NCBI GenBank assembly: GCA_963707915.1
Contig: OY970178.1
Coordinates: 608,001 to 672,000 of the forward strand
Source: Candidatus Eiseniibacteriota bacterium
GTDB taxonomy: Bacteria > Eisenbacteria > RBG-16-71-46
Reading direction: 5' to 3'
DNA: 64,000 nt
The notes under the pieces were generated by a model. It searched no databases, was not told where the DNA came from, and was given only the letters and a program-made list of their open reading frames with translations. This document shows positions 23,376 to 33,648 of this stretch, piece after piece. Each line of letters begins with the position of its first letter. The first letter of the stretch is position 1. The translations under genes were made by a program, and so were the position numbers.

Positions 23376-23837
23376 TTGAGCTCGAGCGAACTGCTGTTCT
23401 GGGACGCGGTGGACGGCATCCGCGAGACCGAGCCGCGCTACCGGCGCGAGGCCTACGGCTTCGTGGTGGCGGCGCTGGGCAGCACCGTCGCGGCCCTGCC
23501 GCCGGAGCGTCTCGCCGATCCCGCGCTCCGCCATCTCACCGGCGGGGAGCTCCTGCGCGGGGTGGTCCGGCTCGCCCGGCAGGAGTTCGGCGTGCTCGGG
23601 CCGACCGTCTTCCGGGAGTGGGGCGTCCTCACGGGCGAGGATGTCGGTCATATCGTCTTCCGCCTGGTGGAATGCGGCGAGCTGAGCGCCCGTCCCGAGG
23701 ACACCCTGGCCGATTTCCGGGACTTCGACCTGCTCGGCGGCCTGGCCACCGACATCGGGACCGGCCGGCTGGTCGCGCCGCGGGAACCGGCGCCGCGTCC
23801 CCCGCGCGGGGCCGGCGGTCCCGGTGCCGCGCACTAG
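23376..23837 (+). CDS. Minf_1886-family conserved protein
   Basis: TTG start downstream of purine-rich GGGAGGGACGGGGA; PRY..EAY.FV, HLTGGELL, FG....VF.EWG....ED.G.IVF.LV..G.L.....D...DF pattern. Confidence 0.8.
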   Translation: MSSSELLFWDAVDGIRETEPRYRREAYGFVVAALGSTVAALPPERLADPALRHLTGGELLRGVVRLARQEFGVLGPTVFREWGVLTGEDVGHIVFRLVECGELSARPEDTLADFRDFDLLGGLATDIGTGRLVAPREPAPRPPRGAGGPGAAH

Positions 23838-23879
23838 GCGCGCGGGGACCGCCGCGGGCCGCGGCCCCGGGACGCTCCC

Positions 23880-25718
23880 GTGAAGACGTATCTCCGCCTG
23901 CTGGGCTACCTGCGGCCCTACCTGGCGCGGCTCTCCGTCGCGCTCGCCTGCATGGCGCTCTTCGGCGTCACGAACTTCGTGTCGCTCGGGATGATCTCGC
24001 CGCTCATGAGCGTGCTGTTCCGGGAGAGCGGCGGCACCCACGTGGCCGCGGCGGCGCCGGCGCCGCTCGCCGCGATCCAGGGACGCCTGCAACTGCCCGC
24101 CCAGGTCTCGGCGCTGGGGGAGCGCTGGATCGTGCAGGCCAGCCCGCTGGTGGCGCTCGAGCGTATCTGCGTCATCCTGATCGTCATCTTCGTGCTCAAG
24201 AACCTTGCCGACTACATGCAGTCCTTCCTGATGGTGTCCATCGAGCAGGGGGTGATCCGCGACCTGCGCTCGGCGCTCTACGCCCACCTGCAGGAGCTCT
24301 CGCTCTCGTTCTACCACGGGCGCCGCACCGGGATGCTGGTGTCGCGGATCACCAGCGACATGGAGTTCCTGCGCGAGGCGCTCTCGTCGAGCGTCAGCAA
24401 CCTGGTGAAGCGCGGGCTCACGCTGCTGGGCGCGTTCACCTGGGTGTTCGTGACGTCGTGGCAGCTGGCGCTGCTCTCGTTGCTGGTCGTGCCCCCGCTC
24501 GGGCTCGCGCTCGCGAGCGTGGGGCGCAAGATGCGCAAGCGCTCCGGGCGCGCCCAGGAGCGCATGGGCGACGTGACCGCCATCGTGCAGGAGTCGATCG
24601 CCGGCGTCCGCGTGGTGAAGGCGTTCGGGATGGAGGCGTTCGAACGCAGGCGCTTCGACCGCGCCAACCAGGAGTACTACGGGGCCTTCGTGCACCTGCG
24701 CCGGGTCTCGGCGGCGGCGCAGCCGCTCACCGAGCTCGCCGTCGTCCTGGCGGCCGTGGCGATGCTCTGGTTCGGGGGCCGGGAGATCTTCGCGCACCAC
24801 GGCCTCTCGCCCCAGTCGTTCATGCTCTTCGTGGGCGCGCTGCTCACCATGCTCTCGCCGATCAAGAGCCTCGCCGAGGTGAACGCGAACATCCAGCAGG
24901 GCGTGGCCGCGGCCCAGCGGGTGTTCGCGACGCTCGACACCCCGCCGGCCATCACCGACCGCCCCGGGGCGCGGGCCCTGCCGGTGCTCGCCGGGCGGAT
25001 CCGCTTCGAGGACGCGTCGTTCGCCTACGAGCCCGGACGGCCGGTGATCGAGGGCGTCTCCTTCGAGCTGCGCCGGGGCGAGGTCGTGGCGCTGGTGGGG
25101 TCGAGCGGCGCCGGCAAGAGCACGCTGATGGACCTGCTGGCGCGGTTCTACGAGCCGACCTCGGGCCGCATCACGCTCGACGGCATCGACCTGCGGGACG
25201 GCACGGTGGCCTCGCTGCGCGCCCAGCTCGGCATCGTCACGCAGGAGACCATCCTGTTCCACGACACCGTGCGGGCGAACATCGCCTACGGGCTGTCGGA
25301 CGCGAGCGACGAGTCCGTGCGGGCCGCCGCGGTCGCGGCCCACGCCCACGACTTCATCTGCGGCCTCAGCCACGGCTACGACACGGTGATCGGCGAGCGC
25401 GGCGTGAAGATCTCGGGCGGCGAGCGCCAGCGGCTGGCCATCGCGCGGGCCCTGCTGAAGAACCCGCCCATCCTGTTGCTCGACGAGGCGACCTCGTCCC
25501 TCGACACCGAGAGCGAGCGCCTGGTCCAGGACGCGCTCGAGCGGCTGATGCACGACCGCACCGTGCTGGTCATCGCGCACCGTCTGTCCACGGTGCAGCA
25601 CGCGGACCGCATCCTGGTGCTGGAGCAGGGCCGGGTCGCGGAGTCCGGCACGCACCGCGAGTTGATGGCGCAGGACGGCATCTACCGCCGGCTCTACGAC
25701 CTCCAGTTCGCCGGCTGA
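23880..25718 (+). CDS. msbA: Lipid A flippase-type ABC exporter (MsbA family)
   Basis: TMD+NBD; GSSGAGKST, ISGGERQR, LLLDEATSSLD, AHRLST; LPS context. Confidence 0.88.
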   Translation: MKTYLRLLGYLRPYLARLSVALACMALFGVTNFVSLGMISPLMSVLFRESGGTHVAAAAPAPLAAIQGRLQLPAQVSALGERWIVQASPLVALERICVILIVIFVLKNLADYMQSFLMVSIEQGVIRDLRSALYAHLQELSLSFYHGRRTGMLVSRITSDMEFLREALSSSVSNLVKRGLTLLGAFTWVFVTSWQLALLSLLVVPPLGLALASVGRKMRKRSGRAQERMGDVTAIVQESIAGVRVVKAFGMEAFERRRFDRANQEYYGAFVHLRRVSAAAQPLTELAVVLAAVAMLWFGGREIFAHHGLSPQSFMLFVGALLTMLSPIKSLAEVNANIQQGVAAAQRVFATLDTPPAITDRPGARALPVLAGRIRFEDASFAYEPGRPVIEGVSFELRRGEVVALVGSSGAGKSTLMDLLARFYEPTSGRITLDGIDLRDGTVASLRAQLGIVTQETILFHDTVRANIAYGLSDASDESVRAAAVAAHAHDFICGLSHGYDTVIGERGVKISGGERQRLAIARALLKNPPILLLDEATSSLDTESERLVQDALERLMHDRTVLVIAHRLSTVQHADRILVLEQGRVAESGTHRELMAQDGIYRRLYDLQFAG

Positions 25719-25719
25719 C

Positions 25720-26760
25720 GTGAGACGGGTCCCGGTACCGCCCGAAGGCTTCCGCCGCATCGCGGTGCTGCGGCTCTCGTCGCTGGGGGACGTCGTCCTG
25801 GCGTTGCCGGTCACGCACGCGCTGGCCCGGGCGTTCCCCGGCGCGCGGATCGAGTTCTGGACCAAGGAGGAGTACGCGGACGTCGTGCGCTTCGATCCGG
25901 CGATCGCGCACGTGAGGGTGCTGGAGCGGGACGCGCGCCGCATCGAGGACCTGGTGTCGATGAGCGCCGAACTCGGGGACTGCGACCTCATCGTCGACCT
26001 GCACGGGAGCCTGCGTTCGCGGTTGCTCACCTTCCGGCAGCCGGCGCCGGTCCTGCGGTCGGCGTCGCTGCGCCTGGGCCGGTGCCGCTGGGTCCGTGCC
26101 CGGTGGACGCGCCCCGGGCCGCTGCCGCACGCGCTGGAGCGGTACGCGCGCGCGCTGCGGCCGGTCGGGCTTGCCGTGGCCGGGGCGCCGCGCCTGGCGG
26201 CCGGCGCGGCGGCGGAGGCGTGGGCGGAGGAGTGGCTGCGATCGTGGCCGGGCGCGGGGGACCTGGTGGCGCTCTGCCCGGGCGCCCGCCATGCGACCAA
26301 GCGCTGGCCGGAGGAGCACTGGGTGACGCTCCACCGCGCCCTGCGGGCGCGCGGCGCCCGGTTGCTGTACCTGTCGCTCGAGTCCGAGCGCCGGGCGCTG
26401 CCCACGCTGGCCGCGTGCGCGTCGGGCGACCCGCAGGTCCGCTGGTGCGCCGAGCCGCTGGCCCGGATGGCCGCCGTGCTCTCGCATTGCCCGGCCGCGG
26501 TCGCGCAGGACAGCGGCCTGATGCACGTGGCCGCGGCGCGCGGCGCGCGCCTGGTCGCGCTCTTCGGCAGCACCTCGCCGGTCCTCGGCTTCGCCCCGTC
26601 GGGGGAGGGACACGTCGTGCTGTGCCGGAACGAGCCCTGCCAGCCCTGCACGCTGCACGGGCTGGAGCGCTGCCCCCGGGGACACTTCGACTGCATGCGG
26701 AAGCTGGAGCCGGGCCAGGTCGTGGACGCGCTGGCGCGGATCGGCGTGCCGCGCGCCTGA
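25720..26760 (+). CDS. GT9 LPS heptosyltransferase
   Basis: RLSSLGDVV, DLHG, PGARHATKRWP, DSGLMHVAAA, LFGST. Confidence 0.9.
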   Translation: MRRVPVPPEGFRRIAVLRLSSLGDVVLALPVTHALARAFPGARIEFWTKEEYADVVRFDPAIAHVRVLERDARRIEDLVSMSAELGDCDLIVDLHGSLRSRLLTFRQPAPVLRSASLRLGRCRWVRARWTRPGPLPHALERYARALRPVGLAVAGAPRLAAGAAAEAWAEEWLRSWPGAGDLVALCPGARHATKRWPEEHWVTLHRALRARGARLLYLSLESERRALPTLAACASGDPQVRWCAEPLARMAAVLSHCPAAVAQDSGLMHVAAARGARLVALFGSTSPVLGFAPSGEGHVVLCRNEPCQPCTLHGLERCPRGHFDCMRKLEPGQVVDALARIGVPRA

Positions 26761-26806
26761 CGGCCGGTCGCGCGCCCGCGCGGCGCGCGGCGGACCGCCC
26801 CGCCGC

Positions 26807-26835
26807 TTGTCGCTCCACGGGGCGCTGCCTATACT
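26807..26835 (+). promoter_or_regulatory. Sigma70-type promoter upstream of proS
   Basis: TTGTCG (26807-26812) - 17 nt - TATACT (26830-26835). Confidence 0.6.
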
Positions 26836-26929
26836 GCGCTCGAGCGCGCTGCGCCTCGTGCGCGGCCTTGACGCGGAATCGCCCCGGCGGACGGAACGCC
26901 GCGAGCGGCACCCCAGCACGGAGACCCGA

Positions 26930-28378
26930 GTGAGCCAGGACCAGAGCCCCGCCACCCCGCAGAGCCTCACCCCGCAGTCGAAGGACTTCTCCGAGTGGTA
27001 CAGCGAGGTGGTGCAGCGTGCGCAGCTGGCCGACCACTCGGGCGTGCGCGGGTGCATCGTGTTCCGGCCCTACGGCTACGGGATCTGGGAACACATGCAG
27101 CGCCTGCTGGACCGGCGCATCAAGGCCACCGGGCACCAGAACGCCTACTTCCCCCTGCTGATCCCCGAGAGCCTGCTGCAGAAGGAGGCCGACCACGTGG
27201 AGGGCTTCGCGCCCCAGGTCGCGTGGGTCACGCACGGCGGGAACAAGAAGCTCGAGGAGCGCCTCGCCATCCGGCCGACCAGCGAGGCGATCATCGGCTC
27301 GATGTACTCGAAGTGGATCGAGTCGTACCGGGACCTGCCGGTGCTCATCAACCAGTGGGCGAACGTGATGCGCTGGGAGATGGTGACGCGCCCCTTCCTG
27401 CGGACCGCGGAGTTCCTCTGGCAGGAGGGCCACACCGCGCACGCCTCCGCGGCCGAGGGCAAGGCCGAGGTGCTGCGCATGCTCGAGGTCTACCGCGATT
27501 TCGTCGAGACCGAGCTGGCGATGCCGGTGCATCCGGGCGCCAAGAGCGACGCGGAGAAGTTCGCCGGTGCCGAGATGACCTACTCGATCGAGGCCCTGAT
27601 GAAGGACGGCTACGCGCTGCAGGCGGGCACCTCGCACGACCTCGGCCAGCACTTCGCGAAGGTCTTCGACATCACCTACCAGGACGAGCAGGGCGTCCGC
27701 CAGCACGTCTGGCAGACGTCGTGGGGCGTCTCGACCCGGCTCATCGGCGGCGTCATCATGACGCACGGGGACGACCACGGGCTGCAGCTCCCGCCGCGCA
27801 TCGCGCCGGTGCAGGCCGTGGTCGTGCCGATCTGGCGCAAGCCGGAGGACCGTGGGCCCGTGCTGGCGTTCATCGACAAGGTGAAGGAGGCGCTCGGGGA
27901 GCGCGTGCGGCTGCTGGTGGACGACCGCGAGCAGTACTCGCCCGGCTGGAAGTACTACGAGCACGAGTTGCGCGGCGTGCCGGTCCGGCTCGAGGTCGGG
28001 CCCAAGGACGTGGAGAAGAACGCGGTGATGAGCGTGCGTCGCCTCGATCGGAGGAAGGAGTCGATCCCGCTCGATCAGCTCGCGGCGCGCCTGCCGGCGC
28101 TGCTCGAGGAGGTGCAGGCCGACCTGTTCAAGGCGGCGCTGGCGTTCCGCGCGGAACAGACCGCCACGGCGACCTCGATCGAGGACCTGGAGCGGCACTT
28201 CCTGGCCGAGGGGAAGCGCGGCTTCGTCGCCCTGCCGTGGACCGGGGACGCCGAGCTCGAGGCGCGGATCAAGCAGCGCTGCGCCGCGACCTTGCGCTGC
28301 GTCCCGCTCGACCAGGCGCCGTTCGCGGGGCTCGCGCCGGCGGGCGGGCGGGTCGCCCTCTTCGCGCGGGCGTACTGA
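26930..28378 (+). CDS. proS: Proline--tRNA ligase, archaeal/eukaryote-like type
   Basis: DFSEWY, RPTSE, QWANVMRWE, FLWQEGHTAH, QAGTSH; C-terminal FARAY; no editing insertion. Confidence 0.96.
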   Translation: MSQDQSPATPQSLTPQSKDFSEWYSEVVQRAQLADHSGVRGCIVFRPYGYGIWEHMQRLLDRRIKATGHQNAYFPLLIPESLLQKEADHVEGFAPQVAWVTHGGNKKLEERLAIRPTSEAIIGSMYSKWIESYRDLPVLINQWANVMRWEMVTRPFLRTAEFLWQEGHTAHASAAEGKAEVLRMLEVYRDFVETELAMPVHPGAKSDAEKFAGAEMTYSIEALMKDGYALQAGTSHDLGQHFAKVFDITYQDEQGVRQHVWQTSWGVSTRLIGGVIMTHGDDHGLQLPPRIAPVQAVVVPIWRKPEDRGPVLAFIDKVKEALGERVRLLVDDREQYSPGWKYYEHELRGVPVRLEVGPKDVEKNAVMSVRRLDRRKESIPLDQLAARLPALLEEVQADLFKAALAFRAEQTATATSIEDLERHFLAEGKRGFVALPWTGDAELEARIKQRCAATLRCVPLDQAPFAGLAPAGGRVALFARAY

Positions 28379-28395
28379 GCGCGGACGCTCCCGCG

Positions 28396-29382
28396 GTGCG
28401 GCCCCTGGAACGGATCCTCGTCCGCCTGCCCAACTGGCTCGGGGACGTGCTCATGGCGCGTCCCGCGCTCCACGCGTTGCGGGCGGCCCATCCCGGGGCG
28501 GAGATCACCGCCTGCGGCCCGCCGGCGCTGCTCGAGCTGCTGGCGCCCGAGGCGCTGTGGCAGCGGACCGAGGAGTTCCCCGGCGGGCGGGGGCTGGCCC
28601 GCCGGCTGCGGGCCGAGCGATTCGACGCGGCGCTGGTCCTGCCGCCGTCGTTCTCCAGCGCCTGGCTCGCGTTCCGCAGCGGGGCGCGCCTTCGGGCGGG
28701 GTTCGCGGCGGATGGCCGCTCGCCGCTCCTGACGCACGCCCTGCGGCGGCCCGCGCGCGGCGACCTTCACCAGTCCCGCGAGTACCTGCGGCTGGTCGCC
28801 GGCCTGGACGCGCCCGAGGTCGCGGTGCCGGCGCTCGCGGTGGGCGCGGGCGCGGCCGCCGCAGCCGGCGCCCTGCTGACGCATGCCGGGGCCGCCCCGC
28901 GCGCCTTCGCGATCCTCGCGCCGGGCTCCGCCTACGGCCCCGCCAAGCGGTGGGGAGCGGAGCGCTTCGCCGTGCTCGGCCGCCGGCTCGCGGCGCGGCA
29001 GCTCGCCGTGCTGGTGTGCGGCGCGGCCGCCGAGCGGCCGGTCTGCGGCGAGGTGGCCGCGGCCATCGGGGAGGCGGCCACCTCGCTCGCCGGGGAGACC
29101 CGCCTGCCGGTGCAGGCGGCGCTGTGTGCGCGGTCGGCGCTGACGGTGTCGAACGACTCGGGCCTGGCGCACCTCGCCGCCGCCACCGGGGCCCCCACCG
29201 TGGTGGTGTTCGGCTCGACCAGCAGCGCGTGGACGGCGCCGCTCGGGACGCGGGTGCGCGTGGTGCAGCGCGCCCCGGTGTGCTCGCCGTGCTTCGCGCG
29301 GCAGTGCGCGATCGGCACCGTGTGCCTGGCCGCGGTCGACGCGGGCATGGTGGAACGCGCCGCCGGGGAGCTGGTGGCGTGA
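28396..29382 (+). CDS. waaF: LPS heptosyltransferase II (GT9)
   Basis: RLPNWLGDV, PPSFSSA, PGSAYGPAKRW, NDSGLAHLAAA; start may be CTG at 28375. Confidence 0.9.
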   Translation: MRPLERILVRLPNWLGDVLMARPALHALRAAHPGAEITACGPPALLELLAPEALWQRTEEFPGGRGLARRLRAERFDAALVLPPSFSSAWLAFRSGARLRAGFAADGRSPLLTHALRRPARGDLHQSREYLRLVAGLDAPEVAVPALAVGAGAAAAAGALLTHAGAAPRAFAILAPGSAYGPAKRWGAERFAVLGRRLAARQLAVLVCGAAAERPVCGEVAAAIGEAATSLAGETRLPVQAALCARSALTVSNDSGLAHLAAATGAPTVVVFGSTSSAWTAPLGTRVRVVQRAPVCSPCFARQCAIGTVCLAAVDAGMVERAAGELVA

Positions 29383-30452
29383 GGATCCTGGTGCAGGGCG
29401 GGCTCTCGCGCGGACCGGCGCGGCGGCTCGCGCGGGCCGCGGCGGGCCTCGCGCTGCGCGGCCACGAGGTGTCGTGGGCCCGACGGGACGACGCGCACCT
29501 TCCCGCGGGCGTGCCTGCGACCGTGCGCGACGTCCCCGCGGGAGCCGGCCTGGTGCGCCACTCGGCGGAGATCGTGCTGGGCGGGCCCGGACCGGTGGGG
29601 GCGGCGCTGGCGGGCTGGCTGGTGCGCGCGCGCTGCATGGTGCTGGCACCGGACGCCGGCGCGCTGCGGGGCTGGGGACACACCCAGCGCGGGGCGTGGA
29701 ACACGCTCCACGCGTGGGCGGTGATCGACGAAGCCGACGGCCCGCTCGTGCAGTCCGGCGCGCCGGGCATCGATCCGCGGCAGGTCGCGCTGTGGCCCGC
29801 GGGCGGGCCGCCCGACGAACCCGACGCCGCACACCCCGATACCGAGGTGCTCGAGCGGGTCTGCGAGCGGGCGCTGGCCCGCCAGCGCGGACGCGCACCG
29901 CGTGCAGGGGTCTTCCTCGACCGTGACGGCACGCTGGTGGTCGAGCGGGGCTACCTCGCGGACCCGGCGGGCCTCGAGTTCCTGCCGGGGGCGGTCGCCG
30001 GGTTGCGCGACCTGCAGGCGGCCGGTGTGCCGCTCATCGTGATCTCGAACCAGTCGGGCGTGGGACGGGGCCGCTTCCCGCTGTCACGCGTCCACGAGGT
30101 CATGGCGCGGCTGCGCATCGAGGCGCGCGCCGCGGGGATCGAACTGGACGGCGTCTACTTCTGCCCGCATCGGCCGGAGGACGGCTGCGCGTGCCGCAAG
30201 CCGGGCACGCAGCTGCTCGAGCGCGCCGCCGAGGACCATGGCCTGAGCCTGCGGGGCTCCTTCATGGTGGGGGACAAGCTGCTGGACGTGGAGACGATCC
30301 AGCGCGCGGGCGGACAGGGCGTGCTCGTGCGGACGGGATACGGGCGCGAGCAGGAGGGATCGCCCGGCGTCTCGCCGGACCACGTCTGCGACGGCCTGCC
30401 CGAAGCGAGCGCGTGGATCCTGGCGAGCCTGGAGTCCGCGGCTCCGGCGTAG
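29379..30452 (+). CDS. gmhB: D-glycero-D-manno-heptose bisphosphate phosphatase (GmhB) fused to an N-terminal GT4-like domain
   Basis: C-half VFLDRDGTL, SNQSG, CPH...C.CRKPG, MVGDK; about 170 extra N-terminal residues starting MRILVQGG...LALRGHEV. Confidence 0.85.
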   Translation: MRILVQGGLSRGPARRLARAAAGLALRGHEVSWARRDDAHLPAGVPATVRDVPAGAGLVRHSAEIVLGGPGPVGAALAGWLVRARCMVLAPDAGALRGWGHTQRGAWNTLHAWAVIDEADGPLVQSGAPGIDPRQVALWPAGGPPDEPDAAHPDTEVLERVCERALARQRGRAPRAGVFLDRDGTLVVERGYLADPAGLEFLPGAVAGLRDLQAAGVPLIVISNQSGVGRGRFPLSRVHEVMARLRIEARAAGIELDGVYFCPHRPEDGCACRKPGTQLLERAAEDHGLSLRGSFMVGDKLLDVETIQRAGGQGVLVRTGYGREQEGSPGVSPDHVCDGLPEASAWILASLESAAPA

Positions 30453-30470
30453 GCCCGGCGCCACGGGCGG

Positions 30471-31553
30471 CTACCGGGCGGAATCCCGGTCGAGCTGGTA
30501 GGCCTGCCGGTCGGGCCGGCAGACATAGCGCATCCCGTGCCCCGCGACCCGGAGACCGTCGTGGGTCAGCCAGCGGTCCGCGACCAGGTCCTGCAGCCCG
30601 GCGGGGTAGGCGCCGTGCTCGCGCCGGTAGAGGTCGAGGGCCATGCGCAGGTCGCGCACCTGGGCGGCCGCGAAGATGTCGGTGCCCGGGGGACGCGAGG
30701 TCGCGTGCGCGACGACGTGCGAGGTCGCGCGCAGCACGACGAGGGTGGCGATCAGCAGCCCCGCCAGCGCGAGCTCGCGCTCCCAGCGGATCCGCGCAGG
30801 CCGGGCGGCCACCGACGGTTCCGGCGGGGACGAGACGTGCCCGGGCGCGCGGCGCCCGACCGGCTCGAACCATCCCGCGTCGACCATCCGCTGGAGCGCC
30901 TCGTAGGTCTCGTACTCCGACATCGGCGCGGCGGCCACGACCTCGGCCAGCGTGCGCCGGCCGTCGATGATGCCGAACAGCTCGCGCTCCTCCTCGGCGA
31001 GTTCCACGTCGGGATCGGGCAGGTCGCGCAGGCCGAGGATCACGTTCGCATCGGGGAAGGCGGCGGCGTAGCGCTTCTCCTCGTCCGAGCGCCGCGCCAC
31101 TTCCATCAGGACGCCCTCGATGCTGAGGCGAACGAGCAACGGCTGGGTCCAGCGCAGGCGGGGGTCGAAGCGGTAGGTGCCGTCCTCCCAGCGGACGAGT
31201 CGCATGAGGTCGTCGAGGATCTGGCGCTCGACGAAGCCCGCGAGCTCCTCGGCGTCCAGGTAGCGTCCGTTCAGGAGCAGGTCCTCGAGGTCACGCGACG
31301 ACTCGCGCTGGATGGTGAGGATGCCGCGCTGCTGCTCGTCGGAGAGGCGGTGCGCCTGCCGCAGGAACGCCAGCAGCGGGTCGCCCTTCTCGAGGCCGGG
31401 GTTGCGGGTCGAGACCACGCGGCCGTCCTGCACGTAGATCACGACCTGCTGCCCGGCGCGTTCGAGCGTGAGGCATCCGGTCTTCTTCTGCGTGCCCAGG
31501 AGCTGCAGGATCTCGCTGGCGGAGAAGTCGCGGAGGTTCCCCTGGAGGGCCAT
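30471..31553 (-). CDS. DUF4388 domain protein with a TM helix and C-terminal pseudopilin(GspG)-like segment
   Basis: MALQGNLRDFS..EILQLL...KKTG.L (DUF4388), W.DG.Y.F, IDGRRTL; TM helix; ALDLYRREHGAYPAGLQDLV. Confidence 0.8.
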   Translation of the reverse strand: MALQGNLRDFSASEILQLLGTQKKTGCLTLERAGQQVVIYVQDGRVVSTRNPGLEKGDPLLAFLRQAHRLSDEQQRGILTIQRESSRDLEDLLLNGRYLDAEELAGFVERQILDDLMRLVRWEDGTYRFDPRLRWTQPLLVRLSIEGVLMEVARRSDEEKRYAAAFPDANVILGLRDLPDPDVELAEEERELFGIIDGRRTLAEVVAAAPMSEYETYEALQRMVDAGWFEPVGRRAPGHVSSPPEPSVAARPARIRWERELALAGLLIATLVVLRATSHVVAHATSRPPGTDIFAAAQVRDLRMALDLYRREHGAYPAGLQDLVADRWLTHDGLRVAGHGMRYVCRPDRQAYQLDRDSAR

Positions 31554-31561
31554 GCGGTCTC

Positions 31562-33634
31562 CTAGGCGGCCAGCGCCGAGTGGTCGCGGCTGGCCAGGCG
31601 GATCCGGCTCCGCAGCGGCGCGGCCTGGGCGGCTTCGGCCGCATCGGCGCGCGCCAGGCTGCCGAAGTAGCCGAGCAGCGAGACCAGGTAGACGGCCAGC
31701 CAGCTGCCGACCTGCACCGCGAGCGGGAACTCCGCGATCGGGACCGCGAGCCGGGTCTCGAAGGTGAACGGCGCGGCGCATCCCGCGGCCACCGCCAGCA
31801 GGGCGGCGCTCACGGTGAGGAGCAGCACGGCGGGCACGACGCGGCGGAAGGTGAGCAGCCCGAAACCGGGGACCACCAGCGCCAGCGCGGTGAGCAGGCG
31901 GCGTTGTGAGCGGCGCACCTGGCGGCGGCGCTGCAGCAGCAGGACGCGGCCGAAGTCCGGGGTCTCGGCGCCGGCCTCGACCGCCGCGCACGCCGGGCAG
32001 AGCGCGGTCTCGCGCCGACGGCAGGCGCAGCGGCGGCAGATGACCGCGCCGCAGTTGCTGCAGCTGCGCAGCGGCACGGTGCGCTGCGAGCGCGCGGTCG
32101 CGGCGAGGGCGATCAGCGCCAGCAGCAGCGCGGCGGCGCTGAACCCCCAGCCCGAGGCCTCGATCGCCGGCCGCCAGGCCGGAGGCAACGCCCCGCGGCC
32201 GGCCGCCCGGCCGCGCTCCGCCGAGAGGGCGGTCCAGAATGAGTGCGGGGCGATCCACTGGTCCACCAGCGGAAGGGCCCCGTCGTCGCCCGCGAGGGAC
32301 TGGTAGTTCTTCACCAGCTCGAAGTTGAGCGCCGCGGCGCGCGAGAGCGCCTCGGTGGCGGCGTGGAAGTCGAAGCGCTGGGTGTAGATCTGCGAGGCGT
32401 TGAAGGCGGCCGCGGGGTTTGCGGGGTTCAGCGTGCCCGCGCGCCGGTACGCCTCGAGGGCCTCGTCGGCGCGGCCCTGCATGGCGAGGACGTTCCCGAG
32501 GTTGTTCAGGGCGCGGTCGTCGTCGGGCCACAGCTCCAGGGTGCGGCGGTAGCCCGCCTCCGCGGCCGGCAGGTCGCCGTTGTGGCGTGCGGCCCACGCC
32601 GAGGCGAACTGGAGGAACGGGTTGTCGGGGTCGCTGCGGCGCAACGTCGCGAACTCCTCGCGGCGCTCGGTCGAAGGCGGCTCGGTGGGTGCCAGCGCGA
32701 CCGCGTGGAAGGGCGCCTGCCCCTCGCGCAGGGGGAGACCGAGGTGATCGAGCGTCGCGACCGCCCAGGGCGCGGCCAGCAGGACGCCGAGCAGGCCGAC
32801 GAAGACCGCCCGCTCCGCGGCCTTGAGGGAGGGCCACAGCAGCGCGAGGAAGACCACGGTGGGAAGCGCGAGGCCGAAACCGGCGGCGAACGGCACGAGC
32901 AGGAAGGCCCAGGCCCAGCCGCGGGCGGACCCGGGCGTGGCGTAGCGGGCGAGGCGCTCGGAGAACGCATGCCGCAACTCGCGGTTGTGCAGCCCCAGCA
33001 CGATGAGCCCCGCGGCGAGCAGTGCGAGGAAGAGCGACTGGAACGCCAGGGTGAGCGTGTTGCCGAGCAGGGCCAGCTGCAGGAGGAAGTTCTGGCGGCC
33101 GAGGTCGATCACGCTGGCGTACTGCAGGAGCGCCTGGCTCGGCTCGCGCAGGAGGAGCCAGGACGCCAGCGTCAGGTGGGGCGCGACGAAGGCCGGGTCC
33201 AGCTCCGCGGAGCCGCGCACCAGGCGGATCGCGTCGTCGAGGTCCCCGGTCCGTGCCAGCAGGAGGCCACGGCGGTAGAAGATCCGCGCCTCCAGCGGCA
33301 GGCCGGCGAGCCGGTTGCGTGCCCGGTACTCGATCCACGCGGGAAGGTCGTCGAGGTCGCGGGGCGGCGCCACGGCCGTCGCGGACGCCTGGACGCGCCC
33401 GGCCTGGGTGGTGGCAAGCGCGGAGCCGCCCACCGGCACCGTCCCGTACGAGGGGCCGGGCCCGCGGTAGGGAACGGCGGACTGGGCGCGGACGCCGGGC
33501 GGCAGGACGGCCCCCGCGACGAGGAGGGCGAACGCGAGCGCCAGCCCGTGACGCAGGCGCACGGCGGGAGGTCGCTGCGACCACGGACCCAGGCGCCGAA
33601 CGGCGCGGGAACGTTGTCCGTCGGATACGTGCAT
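31562..33634 (-). CDS. Polytopic membrane protein with TPR repeats and a Cys-rich Zn-binding segment
   Basis: Several TM helices, TPRs ([17 protein letters not shown]), [17 protein letters not shown]; start uncertain. Confidence 0.75.
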   Translation of the reverse strand: MHVSDGQRSRAVRRLGPWSQRPPAVRLRHGLALAFALLVAGAVLPPGVRAQSAVPYRGPGPSYGTVPVGGSALATTQAGRVQASATAVAPPRDLDDLPAWIEYRARNRLAGLPLEARIFYRRGLLLARTGDLDDAIRLVRGSAELDPAFVAPHLTLASWLLLREPSQALLQYASVIDLGRQNFLLQLALLGNTLTLAFQSLFLALLAAGLIVLGLHNRELRHAFSERLARYATPGSARGWAWAFLLVPFAAGFGLALPTVVFLALLWPSLKAAERAVFVGLLGVLLAAPWAVATLDHLGLPLREGQAPFHAVALAPTEPPSTERREEFATLRRSDPDNPFLQFASAWAARHNGDLPAAEAGYRRTLELWPDDDRALNNLGNVLAMQGRADEALEAYRRAGTLNPANPAAAFNASQIYTQRFDFHAATEALSRAAALNFELVKNYQSLAGDDGALPLVDQWIAPHSFWTALSAERGRAAGRGALPPAWRPAIEASGWGFSAAALLLALIALAATARSQRTVPLRSCSNCGAVICRRCACRRRETALCPACAAVEAGAETPDFGRVLLLQRRRQVRRSQRRLLTALALVVPGFGLLTFRRVVPAVLLLTVSAALLAVAAGCAAPFTFETRLAVPIAEFPLAVQVGSWLAVYLVSLLGYFGSLARADAAEAAQAAPLRSRIRLASRDHSALAA

Positions 33635-33648
33635 GGTGTCGCGGTCCC

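Noticed and set aside
30453..30468. Bidirectional terminator between the converging gmhB and DUF4388 genes
   Set aside because: Only a 5-bp GC stem, with no U tract on either strand
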